A DNA stretch of 64,000 bases from Octopus vulgaris (lineage: Eukaryota), in the NCBI GenBank assembly GCA_951406725.2, contig OX597815.1, forward strand, positions 208,506,001 to 208,570,000. Direction: 5' to 3'. The notes beneath the pieces were generated by a model, which worked only from the letters and a program-made list of their open reading frames with translations, made no database searches and was not told the origin of the DNA. The translations under genes and the position numbers were made by a program. Positions 39,976-53,532 of this stretch are shown piece by piece (within the stretch, counting starts at the first letter, position 1; every line of letters starts with the position of its first letter).

Positions 39976-42172
39976 GAGTGCTCACACATGCATGCATACA
40001 TGCACAAGCTCTGTCTTTGCTACATGTGTCACTTAACCATAATCATCTTTACGCTTGTTTTTGCTCTTCATGTTACCTCTGGCCTGACAGCTCTCTCTCT
40101 ACCCTTTTAAAAGTTTTCTTGCTCCATGTTTATCTCCATCCACGACTTACAGCCGTGGCTGCACCTATTTTTATACATTCAACTTAAAAAAAAAAAAGCA
40201 AAAATTTGAATAATTTTAATAAAAAAAAACAGAAAATAAGCCTTAACCGAACATTCTAATTCCACTCAATTTTTTCCCCTCCGTCTTCACTAATGCTATG
40301 ACAAAATGATTTCTCCACTTGCTTTACACTTGCTTTATTTCCCCCACCCCGCACCCTCCACCGCCACCCCTCATCCTATCCTTCCTCCATCGTTGTAATT
40401 AATCCACTTCAAGATTTTTATCTCATTCCTATAATTTCTAATATTCTTTCAGAAATTACCACAAGGAATTAGATTACTGGTGTTGTTAACATGTGAAATT
40501 ATTCTAATCCCACTGAGAATCTGTTCTGGGAATTTGATTCTTTCAAATGGATATTTATTTTTTTTTACTCATAATAGGATTAATTATCATCTTCGTTCCT
40601 CTTCCTTCTCCCCCCCTCCCCATCCTTGATCTCCCACCACCACCACTATGCCGCTATAGTTTTGCATGTCATTAACCGCAAACCGTATCCTTTTTTTATA
40701 GTTTTAAAAAAAAAATTTTGATCTCTTTCAACTGCAGTATGTCAGAGCAACTTCTTTCTTATAAAAAAAAAATGTACTGACTTAATGTTTAAATTTTTTT
40801 GTTTGTTTTGCTTTTGACTTTGTGGTTTAGAGGGCTTGTTTACTCTGCATCCACGTGGTTCTAGGTTCAGTCTTACCATGCAACACCTTGGGCCTGTGCA
40901 TTCTATCAAAGCTTTGAGTTGCTCTCTATGCAAAATTTTGAATATGAAATCTACGTGGAAACCTCTCGGATATAAATACCTACATATGTACACCACTCTC
41001 TCTCTCTCTCTCTCACTCACTCACATTGAATATTTTAGTTTCCCTATGTTGCTGCCCTGAAAAAATATCGTTAAAAAAAAAAATCAAATTACCAGTCCCA
41101 CTTCATAATTGGTTGGATAGCCCCATATTCAGGAGTATCTTAGCCAAAACAGGTTTCTGGCACAAGTACTCCTTATAGCAGGTTTTTTTCTGGTTTTGCC
41201 CCAACATAGCTACAGTCCAGTAGCTGGAATCAATAAAAAAAAATGTCTTATTGCAAAGATAATTTTTCAAATTGTTTTTGGAATTCTGTTATTTCATTTG
41301 ACTTCTTTCCTCGTTATTTAACCATTTAGTGTTCAGATTATTCAATCAAATATAATGCCTATTGATTCCCATTGATTTGAATTAATCATGCATTATCTCA
41401 TATCTTCAAGATCTTGATGGTGCAATTACTTAATGTAGAATAACATTGTAGGGTAGGTGTGAGAGCCTGGATCTGATCAGTTTGAACATAAAACAGATTA
41501 ACTATTTTGGCCGGATATGGCCGGTTTAAATACTAAAGGGTTAAAGTAAGTTTTAGTGAAGTTTGAACTTACCGTGCTTAGACCCCCTTCGGTCATGCGA
41601 TTGCACCTAGAAAGTTACTCTCCCAGGCACAAGTCCAGGCAAGGTTGATTATGGAAGATGAGCAGTCGCCCATGCATACCGGCCTCCCCTCTCCACACCA
41701 CCAGTGTTATCCAAGGGAAAGGCAAAGGGGCCGATACAGCTTGGCACCTGTGACGTTGCAACTCATTTCTACAGCTGAGTGAACTGGAGCAACGTGAAAT
41801 AAAGTGTCTTGCTCAGGAACAGAACACGCAGCCCAATCTGGGATTCGAACTCACAACCTCACGATCGTAAGCTCAGTGCTCTAACCACTGAGCCATGTGC
41901 CTTCAGTTACAGTATGAAGCATTGAATTCAGAAACTTAACAATCTAGTCTGTGCACATGAGTTATTCACCTTCTGTATTTTATGTTTGTTTTCCCTTGGG
42001 GACAGGAGTTGAATGACTATTGAGAGGCTGTATTTTCCAGCCATGTGCTTTTTCTCTCACCAACTCTTTTAGTTGCCTTTTGAAATGGCTGAGGTGTAAT
42101 ATATCTTTTCTAAAAAGTAGGATACCGAAATTAAATATCTTTGTACCATATTTTCCATCATAAAAGTCAATA

Positions 42173-42570
42173 TAGGTGCAGGAGTGGCTGTGTGGTAAGT
42201 AGCTTGCTAACCAGCCACATGGTTCCGGGTTCAGTCCCACTGCTTGGCATCTTGGGCAAGTGTCTTCTGCTATAGCCCCGGGCCAACCAATGCCTTGTGA
42301 GTGGATTTGGTAGACGGAAACTGAAAGAAGCCTGTCGTATATATATATAAGTGTGTGTGTCTGTGTTTGTCCCCCTAGCATTGCTTGACAACCAATGCTG
42401 GTGTGTTTATGTCCCCATCACTTTGCGGTTCGGCAAAAGAGACCGATAGAATAAGTACTGGGCTTACAAAAGAATAAGTCCCGGGGTCGATTTGCTCGAT
42501 TAAAGGCAGTGCTCCAGCATGGCCGCAGTCAAATGACTGAAACAAGTAAAAGAGTAAAGAGTAAAGAGTA
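42173..42570 (+). mobile_element. SINE family A
   Basis: Full-length copy. Confidence 0.9.
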
Positions 42571-42856
42571 ATAGTGTAAACACATGTAGTGTAAACATGT
42601 AGTATAAATCATCAAACATCGTCAGTCTCTTTCTGAATCCTGCTGCTTTTCACATGAAATGTTTGGTCTTCCAAAGTCTTCTTGGTGTATAAGTCAACCT
42701 ACCTTTTATTGGCTGTAAATTTTGATCTGAAAATTTTAACTTGTATGCCTGAAAATATGATGTATACAAGTAATAATAGCCAAGCAAAATATGTTTGGTT
42801 CTGTTAATTCTTCAGACAACTAGCTGTAGTCAATAATGGTTAGTAGCTTTTTAATC

Positions 42857-42938
42857 TAAAGTGCAATGAGGCATGCAGATAATATTGTCTGTGCGTATAA
42901 TAACAAACAATTTTATTTGCATGCCTCATTGCTCTTTG
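42857..42938 (+). repeat. Local ~35-bp hairpin with ~10-nt loop
   Basis: AAAGTGCAATGAGGCATGCAGATAATATTGTCTGT pairs with ACAAACAATTTTATTTGCATGCCTCATTGCTCTTT. Confidence 0.9.
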
Positions 42939-43562
42939 GCTATTTTTCAGAGCTATACCAGTTAATGTTTTTAGGCAATTACCAATAACCTGTATCATAA
43001 TTTTCCTCAAATGTTTCACATGACATCAGGTCGTGTCTATACCAGTGGTGGATCTGTGTGACACAGTATCTAGTGAGTCAACTTTGCCCCTGGGTCCTGT
43101 AAGTTTTAGCCACAGAACCATCATCTGGGGCCCTTGGTGTATACTGCAAGCTCTACCCAGGGTGAACCTAGAATTAATGGTGACAAATGGGTTGCTCCGT
43201 ATTCATGGGCTGGTGCCTTGTCACTAGATGCAGATTTGTCCTGGATATTTGAGGAAATGCAATAAAAATATAACCTTTTTTTTTTGTCACCTTAGAGTAC
43301 AATGGAAATATTCAAAGTGTAAAACAGCCTCAGCCAACCAACTGCTAGTGAAAATAAATCTGTCATCTTTTTGTTTGTCTTTGCTGTTTCTTGGTTTGTG
43401 TGTTTGTCCTCTGCTACCGCTTCAAAAACAGACTAAATAGAATGAGTAATCTTTAACAATTTCATTACCATATTTTTGTTGAAATACATCGCTTTTGTTT
43501 CAATTAATTTTGAAAATAATGAAGAATTTAATAAAATAGCTTTGTCATTATTAAGATGGTGT

Positions 43563-43774
43563 TTACTCTTTCTCTTTTACTCTCTTTTACTTGTTTCAGT
43601 CATTTGACTGTGGCCATGCTGGAGCACTGCCTTTAGTTGAGCACATCGACTCCAGGACTTATTCTTTGTAAGCCTAGTACTTATTCTGTCAGTCTCTTTT
43701 GCCAAACCACTCAGTTACAGGGACGTAAACACACCAGCATCGATTGTCAAGCAATGTCGGAGGGACAAACACAG

Positions 43775-43805
<31 letters not shown>

Positions 43806-43966
43806 CGGGCTTCTTTCAGTTTCTGTCTACCAAATCCACACACAAAGCTTTGGTTGGCTCGAGGCTATAGTAGAAGACACTTGCCCAAGGTGTCGTGCAG
43901 TGGTACTGAACCAGGAACCATGTAGTTCGTAAGCAAGCTACTTGCCACACAGCCACTCCTATGCCT
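43563..43966 (-). mobile_element. SINE family A inside an M2 MITE
   Basis: Reverse copy; MITE halves at 43450-43562 and 43967-44095. Confidence 0.85.
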
Positions 43967-44311
43967 GTTTGGAAAAAATATTAACATGAAATTTTGATGG
44001 AAGGTTTTCTTTCAGATCCCTTCAAAACAGGAAGTTTGTAAAGTTTGTATTATAGAATCAGGTTAGTTTGGAAGGGTTGGTATCAAAAGGGTTAAGGTTG
44101 GTGGGACAGTAGGATCATTTTAGTTATTATAGAAAAGATGGAGATGCACTCAACATATAAGTGGACTAAACGTGAAATTTTGACTAAATCTTTCGAATTT
44201 CTTGATTATTTTGAAAATTAATTGAAACACATAGACAGCAGGTCAGTTGTAGAAGAGTGTGAAAGAGTGTTGTAATTGAGAATTGATACATCGAGATAAA
44301 ATTTGTTATGT

Positions 44312-44454
44312 GTTGCTAACCAACCACATGGTTCCAGGTTCAGTCCCACTGTGTGGCATCTTGGGTAAGTGTCTTCTGCTATAACCCCGGGCCGACCAAT
44401 GCCTTGTGAGTGGATTTGGTAGACGGAAACTGAAAGAAGCCTGTCGTATATATG

Positions 44455-44485
<31 letters not shown>

Positions 44486-44703
44486 TTGTGTGTCTGTGTT
44501 TGTCCCCCTAGCATTGCTTGACAACCGATGCTGGTGTGTTTACGTCCCCGTCACTTAGCGGCTCGGCAAAAGAGACCGATAGAATAAGTACTGGGCTTAC
44601 AAAGAATAAGTCCCGGGGTCGATTTGCTCGACTAAAAGGCGGTGCTCCAGCATGGCCGCAGTCAAATGACTGAAACAAGTAAAAGAGTAAATGAGTAAAG
44701 AGT
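44312..44703 (+). mobile_element. SINE family A (5'-truncated)
   Basis: Family sequence and tail. Confidence 0.9.
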
Positions 44704-44775
44704 CACTGGCAGCAGTTAAAAAATGCTAGCCATCAAGAAAATTCTACACAAAGGCACATATACATTCCATATACA

Positions 44776-45115
44776 TGTATGTTTAGCATATGTAAGCTGT
44801 CAAATGAAACTTGGTCAGACCATGCTCAATTCTCTGGTGCCTACGTGCTAGAAGTTGCAAGACAAACATTCATAATAAGACTCAAGACTCTGGAGAATGA
44901 TTTTGATTTGAACTGATGTTGAGGTGGTGGTGGTGGTGGTGATGGTGATACAAAATGTGATGGGGGAGAAAAAGAAAAGGAAAAAAGTAAACATTTCAAA
45001 ACTTCATGTCATACATATTAACTCCTTTATTGAGTCTTGTGCAAACTCTATAATATACATACACACACAAACACAAATGGTCTTGTTCACACTCATACAC
45101 ACACACATATACGTA
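44776..45115 (+). repeat. ~340-bp dispersed duplication, copy 2
   Basis: Near-identical to 17892-18240. Confidence 0.95.
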
Positions 45116-45122
45116 CATACAT

Positions 45123-45629
<507 letters not shown>

Positions 45630-45869
45630 ATATATATTTACTTACAAATACATATATATAAATATTTATATATATATGTACATGTGTACATGTATGTATG
45701 TATATATATATATATATATATAGGCACAGGAGTGTCTGTGTGGTAAGAAGACTGCTTCCCAACCACATGGCTCCAGGTTCAGTCCCACTGCATTGCACTT
45801 CTACTATAGCCTCGGGCCGACCAAAGCCTTGTGAGTGGATTTGGTAGTTGAAAACTCAAAGAACCTTGT

Positions 45870-45896
<27 letters not shown>

Positions 45897-45905
<9 letters not shown>

Positions 45906-45909
45906 GGGT

Positions 45910-45957
<48 letters not shown>

Positions 45958-46200
45958 ATATGTGGGGTTTCTATATATATATGTGTGTGTGTGTGTGTAT
46001 ATGTGGGGTTTCTATATATATATGTGTGTGTGTGTGTGTATATGTGGGGTTTCTATATATATATGTGTGTGTGTGTGTGTATATGTGGGGTTTCTATATA
46101 TATGTGTGTGTGTGTGTGTATATGTGGGGTTTCTATATATATATGTGTGTGTGTGTGTGTATATGTGGGGTTTCTATATATATATATGTGTGTGTGTGTA
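45897..46200 (+). repeat. Compound minisatellite, 7 x ATGTGGGGTTTC(TA)n(TG)n
   Basis: Seven GTGGGGTTTC anchors spaced about 39-59 bp. Confidence 0.9.
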
Positions 46201-46850
46201 TATATATATGTATGTGTGTGTATATATGTATGTATATATATATATGTATATATATAATTGTATATATATGTCTATATATATGTATATATATGTATATATA
46301 TAATTATATATATATATGTATGAGTGGTTGGCATTAGGAAAGGCTTCAAGCTGTAGAAACACTGCCAGACCAGATTGGAGCCTCTTGCAGCCACTGGCTC
46401 TCCAGAGCTCAGCCAAACTGTCCAACTCATGTCAGCATGGAAAACGGATGTTAAATGATGATGATGAGGACAATATATGTATATATATTTATATATATAT
46501 GTGTATATGTAAACATGTGTGTGTGTCTGTATATATATATAAAGAATATCAGGACTTTAACCACATGGATTTCACCTAAGGACTTATCTACAAGATCAGA
46601 AAGTTGATCTGTGAACTTGTTGGCTTCTTTTTTCATCTCCTTATTTCCTTACTCCTGTCCTCTATGTCGTCATTTCATTAAGCTATACCCTTCTCAGTTT
46701 CCCTATTTGTGTCTGATGATGTTTTATCCCAAACTCTGAGATATCCCAGAAACAGTGGTAAGACTGAATTTTTTTTTTCCAATAATAATAATGAGATGTT
46801 TGCCTTGCCTTAGTGTTTGTTATTCTCTTTAACAATTATATATGTGTGTA

Positions 46851-46900
<50 letters not shown>

Positions 46901-47595
46901 CAGACACATACGTGCATACCTGCACACACACACACACACACACACACAGGTTAGACACTGACACATATACACACATATATCTATGTTTATTATTGAAAAA
47001 TGATTAATTAGTCGTTTGGTCGTCATTTGGCGACAGTGCTAATTGTTTTCAAATATTCTTCGCTTTATGTTCTGTCGTTTCACAAAACAAACATTGTGTT
47101 TCTTATAGAATTATTTCCTCCTTTACCACAAGAACAACAACCACAAAAACAATGCAACACCTAACTATGGTAAATTTGAAGCAAACAAAATCTATCGGCT
47201 GTCTTTTATTTTCGTTTACTTGTTTCAGTCATTGGTCCGTGGCCATGCTGGTGCACCTCATTTGAAGGTTTTAGATCGTCCTCAGTACTTGTCTTTTTTT
47301 ATGTCTGGTGTTTATTGTATCAGTTTCTTCTGCCACACTGTTAAGTTATGGCATGTAGACTAACAAAGTCTGGATGTTTGGTGGTGGTGGTGGTGGGACA
47401 AATAGACACACACACTCCCATGTATATATATACACACAGACAGACACACACACACCCATGTATATATACATACAAACAGACACATTTACACCCATGTATA
47501 TATACATACAGACACATACACAATCATGTATATATACACACAAACACACACACACCTATGTATATATACACACAGACACATTTACACCAATGTAT

Positions 47596-47979
47596 GGAAG
47601 CACTCCGTCGGTTTCGACGACGAGGGTTCCGGTTGATCCGAATCAACGGAACAGCCTGCTTGTGAAATTAACGTGTAAGTGGCTGAGCACTCCACAGACA
47701 CGTGTACCCTTAACGTAGTTCTCGGGGATATTCAGCGTGACACAGAGAGTGACAAGGCCGGCCCTTTGAAATACAGGTACAACAGAAACAGGAAGTAAGA
47801 GTGAGAGAAAGTTGTGGTGAAAGAGTACAGCAGGGATCACCACCATCCCCTGCCGGAGCCTCGTGGAGCTTTTAGGTGTTTTCGCTCAATAAACACTCAC
47901 AACGCCGGTCTGGGAATCGAAACCGCGATCCTATGACCGCGAGTCCGCTGCCCTAACCACTGGGCCATTGCGCCTCCAC
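47596..47979 (-). mobile_element. tRNA-derived SINE, family D, inserted in a CA/TA minisatellite
   Basis: Head GGAGGCGCAATGGCCCAGTGGTTAG...GTTTCGATTCCC; CpG-rich and young. CCCATGTATATATACA repeats on both sides. Confidence 0.85.
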
Positions 47980-48660
47980 TACCCATGTATATATACACAC
48001 AAACAGACACATTTACACCCATGTATATATACATATAGACACATACACAATCATTTATATATACACGCAGACACACACACACACCCATGTATATATACAT
48101 ACAGACACATACACAATCATGTATATATACACGCAGACACACACACACACACTCCCATGTATATATACACACATATGCATAAGCACTCTCACATGTATGT
48201 GTATATATACATACACACACATGCACACATATACAATCGTATATCATCATCATCATTGTTTACCGTCAGTCTTCTATGCTGCCATGGGTGGAATGGTTTG
48301 ACAGGAACTGGCCAGGCAGAAGCCTGCACCAGACTCCTGTTACTGTTTTGGCAGGATTTTTACTGCTTAATGCCCTTCCTGACACCAAACAATCAGCAGA
48401 AAGCACAGGTGAGGTCAGTTTTGGCATGGTTTTTACAGGTGGATGCCCTTCCAAATGCCAACCACTTTACAGTGTGGATTGGATGCTTTTTAAGTGGCAC
48501 CTGCACTGACAGGGGTCACCAAGTAACTTGCAAGACAAAAATCTTTTTAGGGGAGGGGCATTGGAGGAGGTGATTTTGTATCAGATGATGAGAGGTTATA
48601 GTGAAACAAAGAGGCAGAAACAGGTGTTTTGCTGTAGAGGAGGTACAAGGTTACTTGGCT

Positions 48661-48740
<80 letters not shown>

Positions 48741-48949
48741 GGCCATGTATCTCCACAAAAGAAATACATGGGACAGGGATCAGAATATGAAAGAGATGGT
48801 TGAGTAAGAGCAGAGACAGATATAGATGGTGGCAAGTGCCATGGTATATCCTTGAGGTATACCTTGGCACTTGCCAAGGGCATGGGATAAACTACCTGCA
48901 TCAACTTGCTATAAAAGCAGGTAGTAATTTTACCTTGTCCTTATTCTTA

Positions 48950-49245
48950 GTGCAAGTTTTGAAGAGTGCAGTTTGATTTTAACAGTCATTTTTTTCAAAG
49001 CTATAATGGAAGTGACAAAGGAGCATATTCAACATATTTTGCTTTATGAGTTCAATAAAGGCAACAACACAGTGGAAAGTGCAAGGAATATTAATGCAGT
49101 ATATGGGAATCGGACAGTAAGAAAAACTGGAGGACTGCTGCAATAAGTGTGTGAATCTAAGAGCGGAATATTTTGAATAAATATCCTAATTAACTGATCC
49201 TCCTGTATTTTCTTTTACCGGAAGCTGGGAACTTTTCACTTCCAC
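48950..49245 (+). mobile_element. Short mariner deletion derivative
   Basis: MEVTKEHIQHILLYEFNKGNNTVESARNINAVYG from 49006 resembles the mariner HTH N-terminus. Confidence 0.75.
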
Positions 49246-49283
49246 CCCTCGTGTGTGTGTGTATAATATATATATAAATATAA

Positions 49284-49460
49284 TAGGCGCGGGAGTGGCT
49301 GTGTGGTAAGTAGCTTGCTAACCAACCACATGGTTCCGGGTTCAGTCCCACTGTGTGGCATCTTGGGCAAGTGTCTTCTACTATAGCCCCGGGCCGACCA
49401 ATGCCTTGTGAGTGGATTTGGTAGACAGAAACTGAAAGAAGCCTGTCGTATATATGTATG

Positions 49461-49497
<37 letters not shown>

Positions 49498-49710
49498 ATG
49501 TGTGTGTGTTTGTCCCCTTAGCATTGCTTTACAACTGATGCTGGCGTGTTTATGTCCCCATCACTTAGCGGTTCGGCAAAAGAGACCGATAGAATAAGTA
49601 CGGGGCTTACAAAGAATAAGTCCCGGGGTCGATTTGCTCGACTAAAGGCGGTGCTCCAGCATGGCCGCAGTCAAATGACTGAAACAAATAAAAGAGTAAA
49701 GAGTAAGAGT
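49284..49710 (+). mobile_element. SINE family A
   Basis: Full-length copy. Confidence 0.9.
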
Positions 49711-50751
49711 ATATATTTCAAAGCAGTTTCTGTCAAGAAAATTCACTCTTGAGGTATTTGTCAGCCTGGGACTATAATAGGAGACTCTTACACTAAGCGA
49801 AGTAAGAGATTGGACTTGAAACCATGTGGTTGCAATTTGAGCTTCTTAACCACACAGCCATGTCTCTGCATAATAGCCATGATTGGAGAGGAACATAAAC
49901 TACACATCACAGATTGTTGGAATTAAGCCTCGACTGGCTCCAGTGCCGGTGGCACATAAAAAGCACCATCCGAACGTGGCCGATGCCAGCCCCGCCTTGG
50001 CTGGCTTCCGTGCCGGTGGCACGTTAAAAGCACCAACCGATTGTGGCTGATGCCGGACCCCCTGGCACCTGTGCAGGTGGCACGTAAAAAGCACCCACTA
50101 CACTCACGGAGTGGTTGGCGTTAGGAAGGGCATCCAGCTGTAGAAACACTGCCAGATCAGACTGGAGCCTGGTGCAGCCCCCGGCTTCCCAGACCCCGGT
50201 CGAACCGTCCAACCCGTGCTAGCACGGAAAACGGACGTTAAACGATGATGATGATGATGATGATGAAGTCTACCCTTGTTCTGAAATAGCTTCAAATAGT
50301 TTCATATTTATTGGCGGCATGCAAAAAAGCAAACTTGCTGACTTAAGGAGCTGTTGCAACTGACCCCAGTTGCCATGTGGTGACAGAGGATAAACACATA
50401 AGCATATATTTATCATCATCATTATTGTTTAATGTCCGCTTTCCATGCTGGCATGGGTTGGACAGTTTGACTGAAAACTCTCAATCTGGGAGGCTGCACC
50501 AGGCTCCAGTCTGATTTGGCAAGATTTCTACAGCTGGATTCCCTTCCTAATGCTAACCTCTCTGAGAGAGTGTAGAGAGTGCAGAGCAGTAATAAGAAAA
50601 TGAAATGACAAAGGAATGATTATCTGCTTTGATAGGAGAAACAACTGTAAGTTAATGTTCATCAGATAATCATTTATTTCTTTGTCCTCTTATATTTTTA
50701 CACACACACACACACTCTCTCTCTCTCTCTCATAATGGTCTTCCAGTTTCC

Positions 50752-51163
50752 TATTTCTTTATTGTCCACAAGGGGCTAAACAGAAGGGACAAACAAAGAC
50801 AGACAAAGGGATTATGTCGGTTAGATCGACACCAGTGCGTAACTGGTACATAATTTATTGACCCTGAAAGGATGAAAGGTGAAGCTGACCTTGGCGGAAT
50901 TTGAACTCAGAACGTAACGGCAGATGAAATACCTATTTCTTTACTACCTACAAGGGGCTAAACACAGAGAGAACAAACAAGGACAGACAAATGGATTAAG
51001 TCGATTATATCGATCCCAGTGTGTAACTGGTACTTATTTAATTGACTCCGAAAGGATGAAAGGTAAAGTCGACCTCGGCAAAATTTGAGTTCAGAACTTA
51101 GTGGCAGACGAAATGCCACAAAGCATTTCGCCCGGCATGCTAACGTTTCTGCCAGCTCGCCGC
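50752..51163 (-). mobile_element. SINE family C with tandem duplicated body
   Basis: Same structure as 5650-6026 in reverse. Other C copies at 38128-38340, 54243-54476 and 63675-63895. Confidence 0.85.
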
Positions 51164-52476
51164 ATTTACCTATGGTCTTCCAGTTTCCATCTACCAAATC
51201 CACTCACAATGCCAGAATGCTTTGGTCAACCTAGAGCTATAGTAGAGAACATTGGCTCAAGGTGCCTTGCAGTTGGATTGAACCTGAAACCATAAATAAA
51301 TAATTGGGAAATCTTATTTAGTTTGCTTTGGTTAGCAGTATTAAAACAACAAAAAACAAGTGTATTAGATAATTTTTCCAGTTTGATTAATAGGTTGAAA
51401 AGTCAATGCATTATAACTCTTTTTTATTAATACAAAGCCTAACCAAGAATGGAAAAAACAAATTCATATATCAAATACCAATTAATTACTAAGTCCTATC
51501 TCACGACGTAGTTTATTTTATAGTCAATTATTGTCAGCTATTAATAGAGTTGCATTAATAAAGCATCGAACATTATTGAAAATTGGTGCAAAGAATCAAC
51601 CAGATATTTTGAATATTGCAATATTAAAAACTAATGATAAATTTAGTTCAAAGCTTTGTGTGTTGTGTGTGTAAAGAAATTCACTAGAAGTAAAAACAAA
51701 TGTCACTAGGCGTATAGTTATATTAAGGGAACTAATGCTTTGGTGGTTTAATGGGGATCTAGTTGCAAAGACAAGAAAGATCATTTGATCACTTGTATCA
51801 AAATATTTGTCTGGTTTCATGCTCAGTGTCTTCACCATGATTCAGGCAATAATGTTTTGAAGCAAGGACACGGATATTATTGCACAGCTAAACCGGGGAT
51901 GTCAGAAGATCTTTGTATGTGTGTGTAGGGTACCTAATCCCCTCCTCCTCTTGATATTCTTTTATTTTCTTTCGTTCGATTCAGTCATTTGACTGCGGCC
52001 ATGCTGGAGTACTGCCTTTAGTTGAGCAAATCGACCCCAGGACTTATTCTTTGTGAGCCTAGTACTTATTCTATCGGTCTCTTTTTCTGAACCGCTAAGT
52101 TACGGGGACGTAAACGCACACATCTTTTACTTGTTCTTTGTAAGTCTAGTATTTACTCTATCGGTCTCTTTTGTGTGCATTCAAAACTCATACACTCACC
52201 ACCCCCAATTTTCCATGACAGTTTAGGACCTGGAATCTTCCAAACGGACACACGACATGTTGCTTAGTCATATTACCTCATCATTTACTCCACAAACATT
52301 TTGTTGTCAATGCTGCACTTTCCTGTATCTCATGTTTCAACATAACTGTAGTATATATATATATATATATATATAAACATAGTAAATAGGGTAATAAAAA
52401 ATAAATCATTTATTATTACCAGTGACCCATCACAAAAGACTAGTTAGTCATTAGACTATATATTATTCATATAGAA

Positions 52477-52567
52477 ATACAATAAAGGGCTTCCAAATAA
52501 AGAAGTGTTGTGTCCCTTTTTGTGTGTCTAGCACAACACTTCTTTATTTGGAATCCCTTTATTGTAT
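52477..52567. repeat. 36-bp near-perfect hairpin
   Basis: ATACAATAAAGGGCTTCCAAATAAAGAAGTGTTGTG pairs with CACAACACTTCTTTATTTGGAATCCCTTTATTGTAT, one mismatch, 19-nt loop. Confidence 0.9.
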
Positions 52568-52958
52568 ATATATATATATAAAGCTGAAGTTGTCTGTGTA
52601 TGGCAGGTTTTGTAGTCTTCAACTAACACTATCTCCTCCGAGACCCTGCGGCACAAGTTGACCAAAATTGAGAGTATGATAGAAGAAGGCTTACTCTTCA
52701 TTCAGTAGAAGATAAAATCCAAATTGGACCATGTTAACACCAAAATTTCTTTACATCAAAAAGGTACTTTTTTTCTATGAAAATCCCTATTTTTTACGAT
52801 TTTTTGACTGCTGTGTCACCATTTTCTGGTGTATTTCAATCAGAAAAATGTTCACTTCAAGAGAATAACAAGCTGCATAATGCAAACTTTTTACTTTTCA
52901 AAGATTCCAATTCTAAAGGGTCAAAACAAACCCAAGCAACGCCGGGCGATACTGCTAG

Positions 52959-52959
<1 letters not shown>
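52568..52959 (+). mobile_element. Non-autonomous Helitron-like element
   Basis: Ends CCCAAGCAACGCCGGGCGATACTGCTAG, like 45230-45260 on the minus strand. A second 3' end lies at 53010-53039. Confidence 0.65.
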
Positions 52960-52992
<33 letters not shown>

Positions 52993-53471
52993 AACTATGC
53001 CATCTCAACCCCGAGCAATGCCGGGTATCTCTTCTAGTATATATAAATGTATGTGTGTGTAATTTTCTTCAGCTCACTAGATACAATGGTGATTTTTTTT
53101 TTTTTAATTCTCTTGATAATTCACGTTTACGAGGTCAAGGTGCAGTTTTAGAAGTTGGGTAAGACAAGATTTCCAAAACGAAACAGGCAAGCTGCTTTTA
53201 TCTCTTTTAAACAATAGCTTTCCAAGATTGTTATATTCCTGCTATTTGATGTCAAGAGGATTTTGTATAACTAGATCAAAGAATAAAGAGAAAAAAAGGA
53301 TTTTGTGTGTCTGTGCGTGTATGTGTATATATATATATATATATATATAATTTACAAAATGAGGGCAGAAGAAAAATTCTAATGCCAAATATGCCGAAAA
53401 AAGACAAAAATTGTCAATATAATTGCTTTTTCCATGGGTATGAGTAAGTATTTCACTTATATCTCACGTAT

Positions 53472-53532
53472 TTATCGCTGAAGAGGGGAAAATTCTTATG
53501 AATTAACCCCGAAATTGGGACCAATATGGTAA
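53472..53532 (+). ncRNA. Type I hammerhead ribozyme (Penelope-associated), sense to host pre-mRNA
   Basis: Stem I TTATCG/TGGTAA; core CTGAAGA; stem II GGGG/CCCC with AATTC/GAATT extension; GAAA; stem III TTG(G)/(C)CAA; UA cleavage site, predicted cut after 53526. Confidence 0.75.

Noticed and set aside
46711-46765. CTGATGA...GAAAC...GTAAGAC hammerhead-like motif
   Set aside because: Stems I-III are degenerate; likely a dead Penelope remnant.
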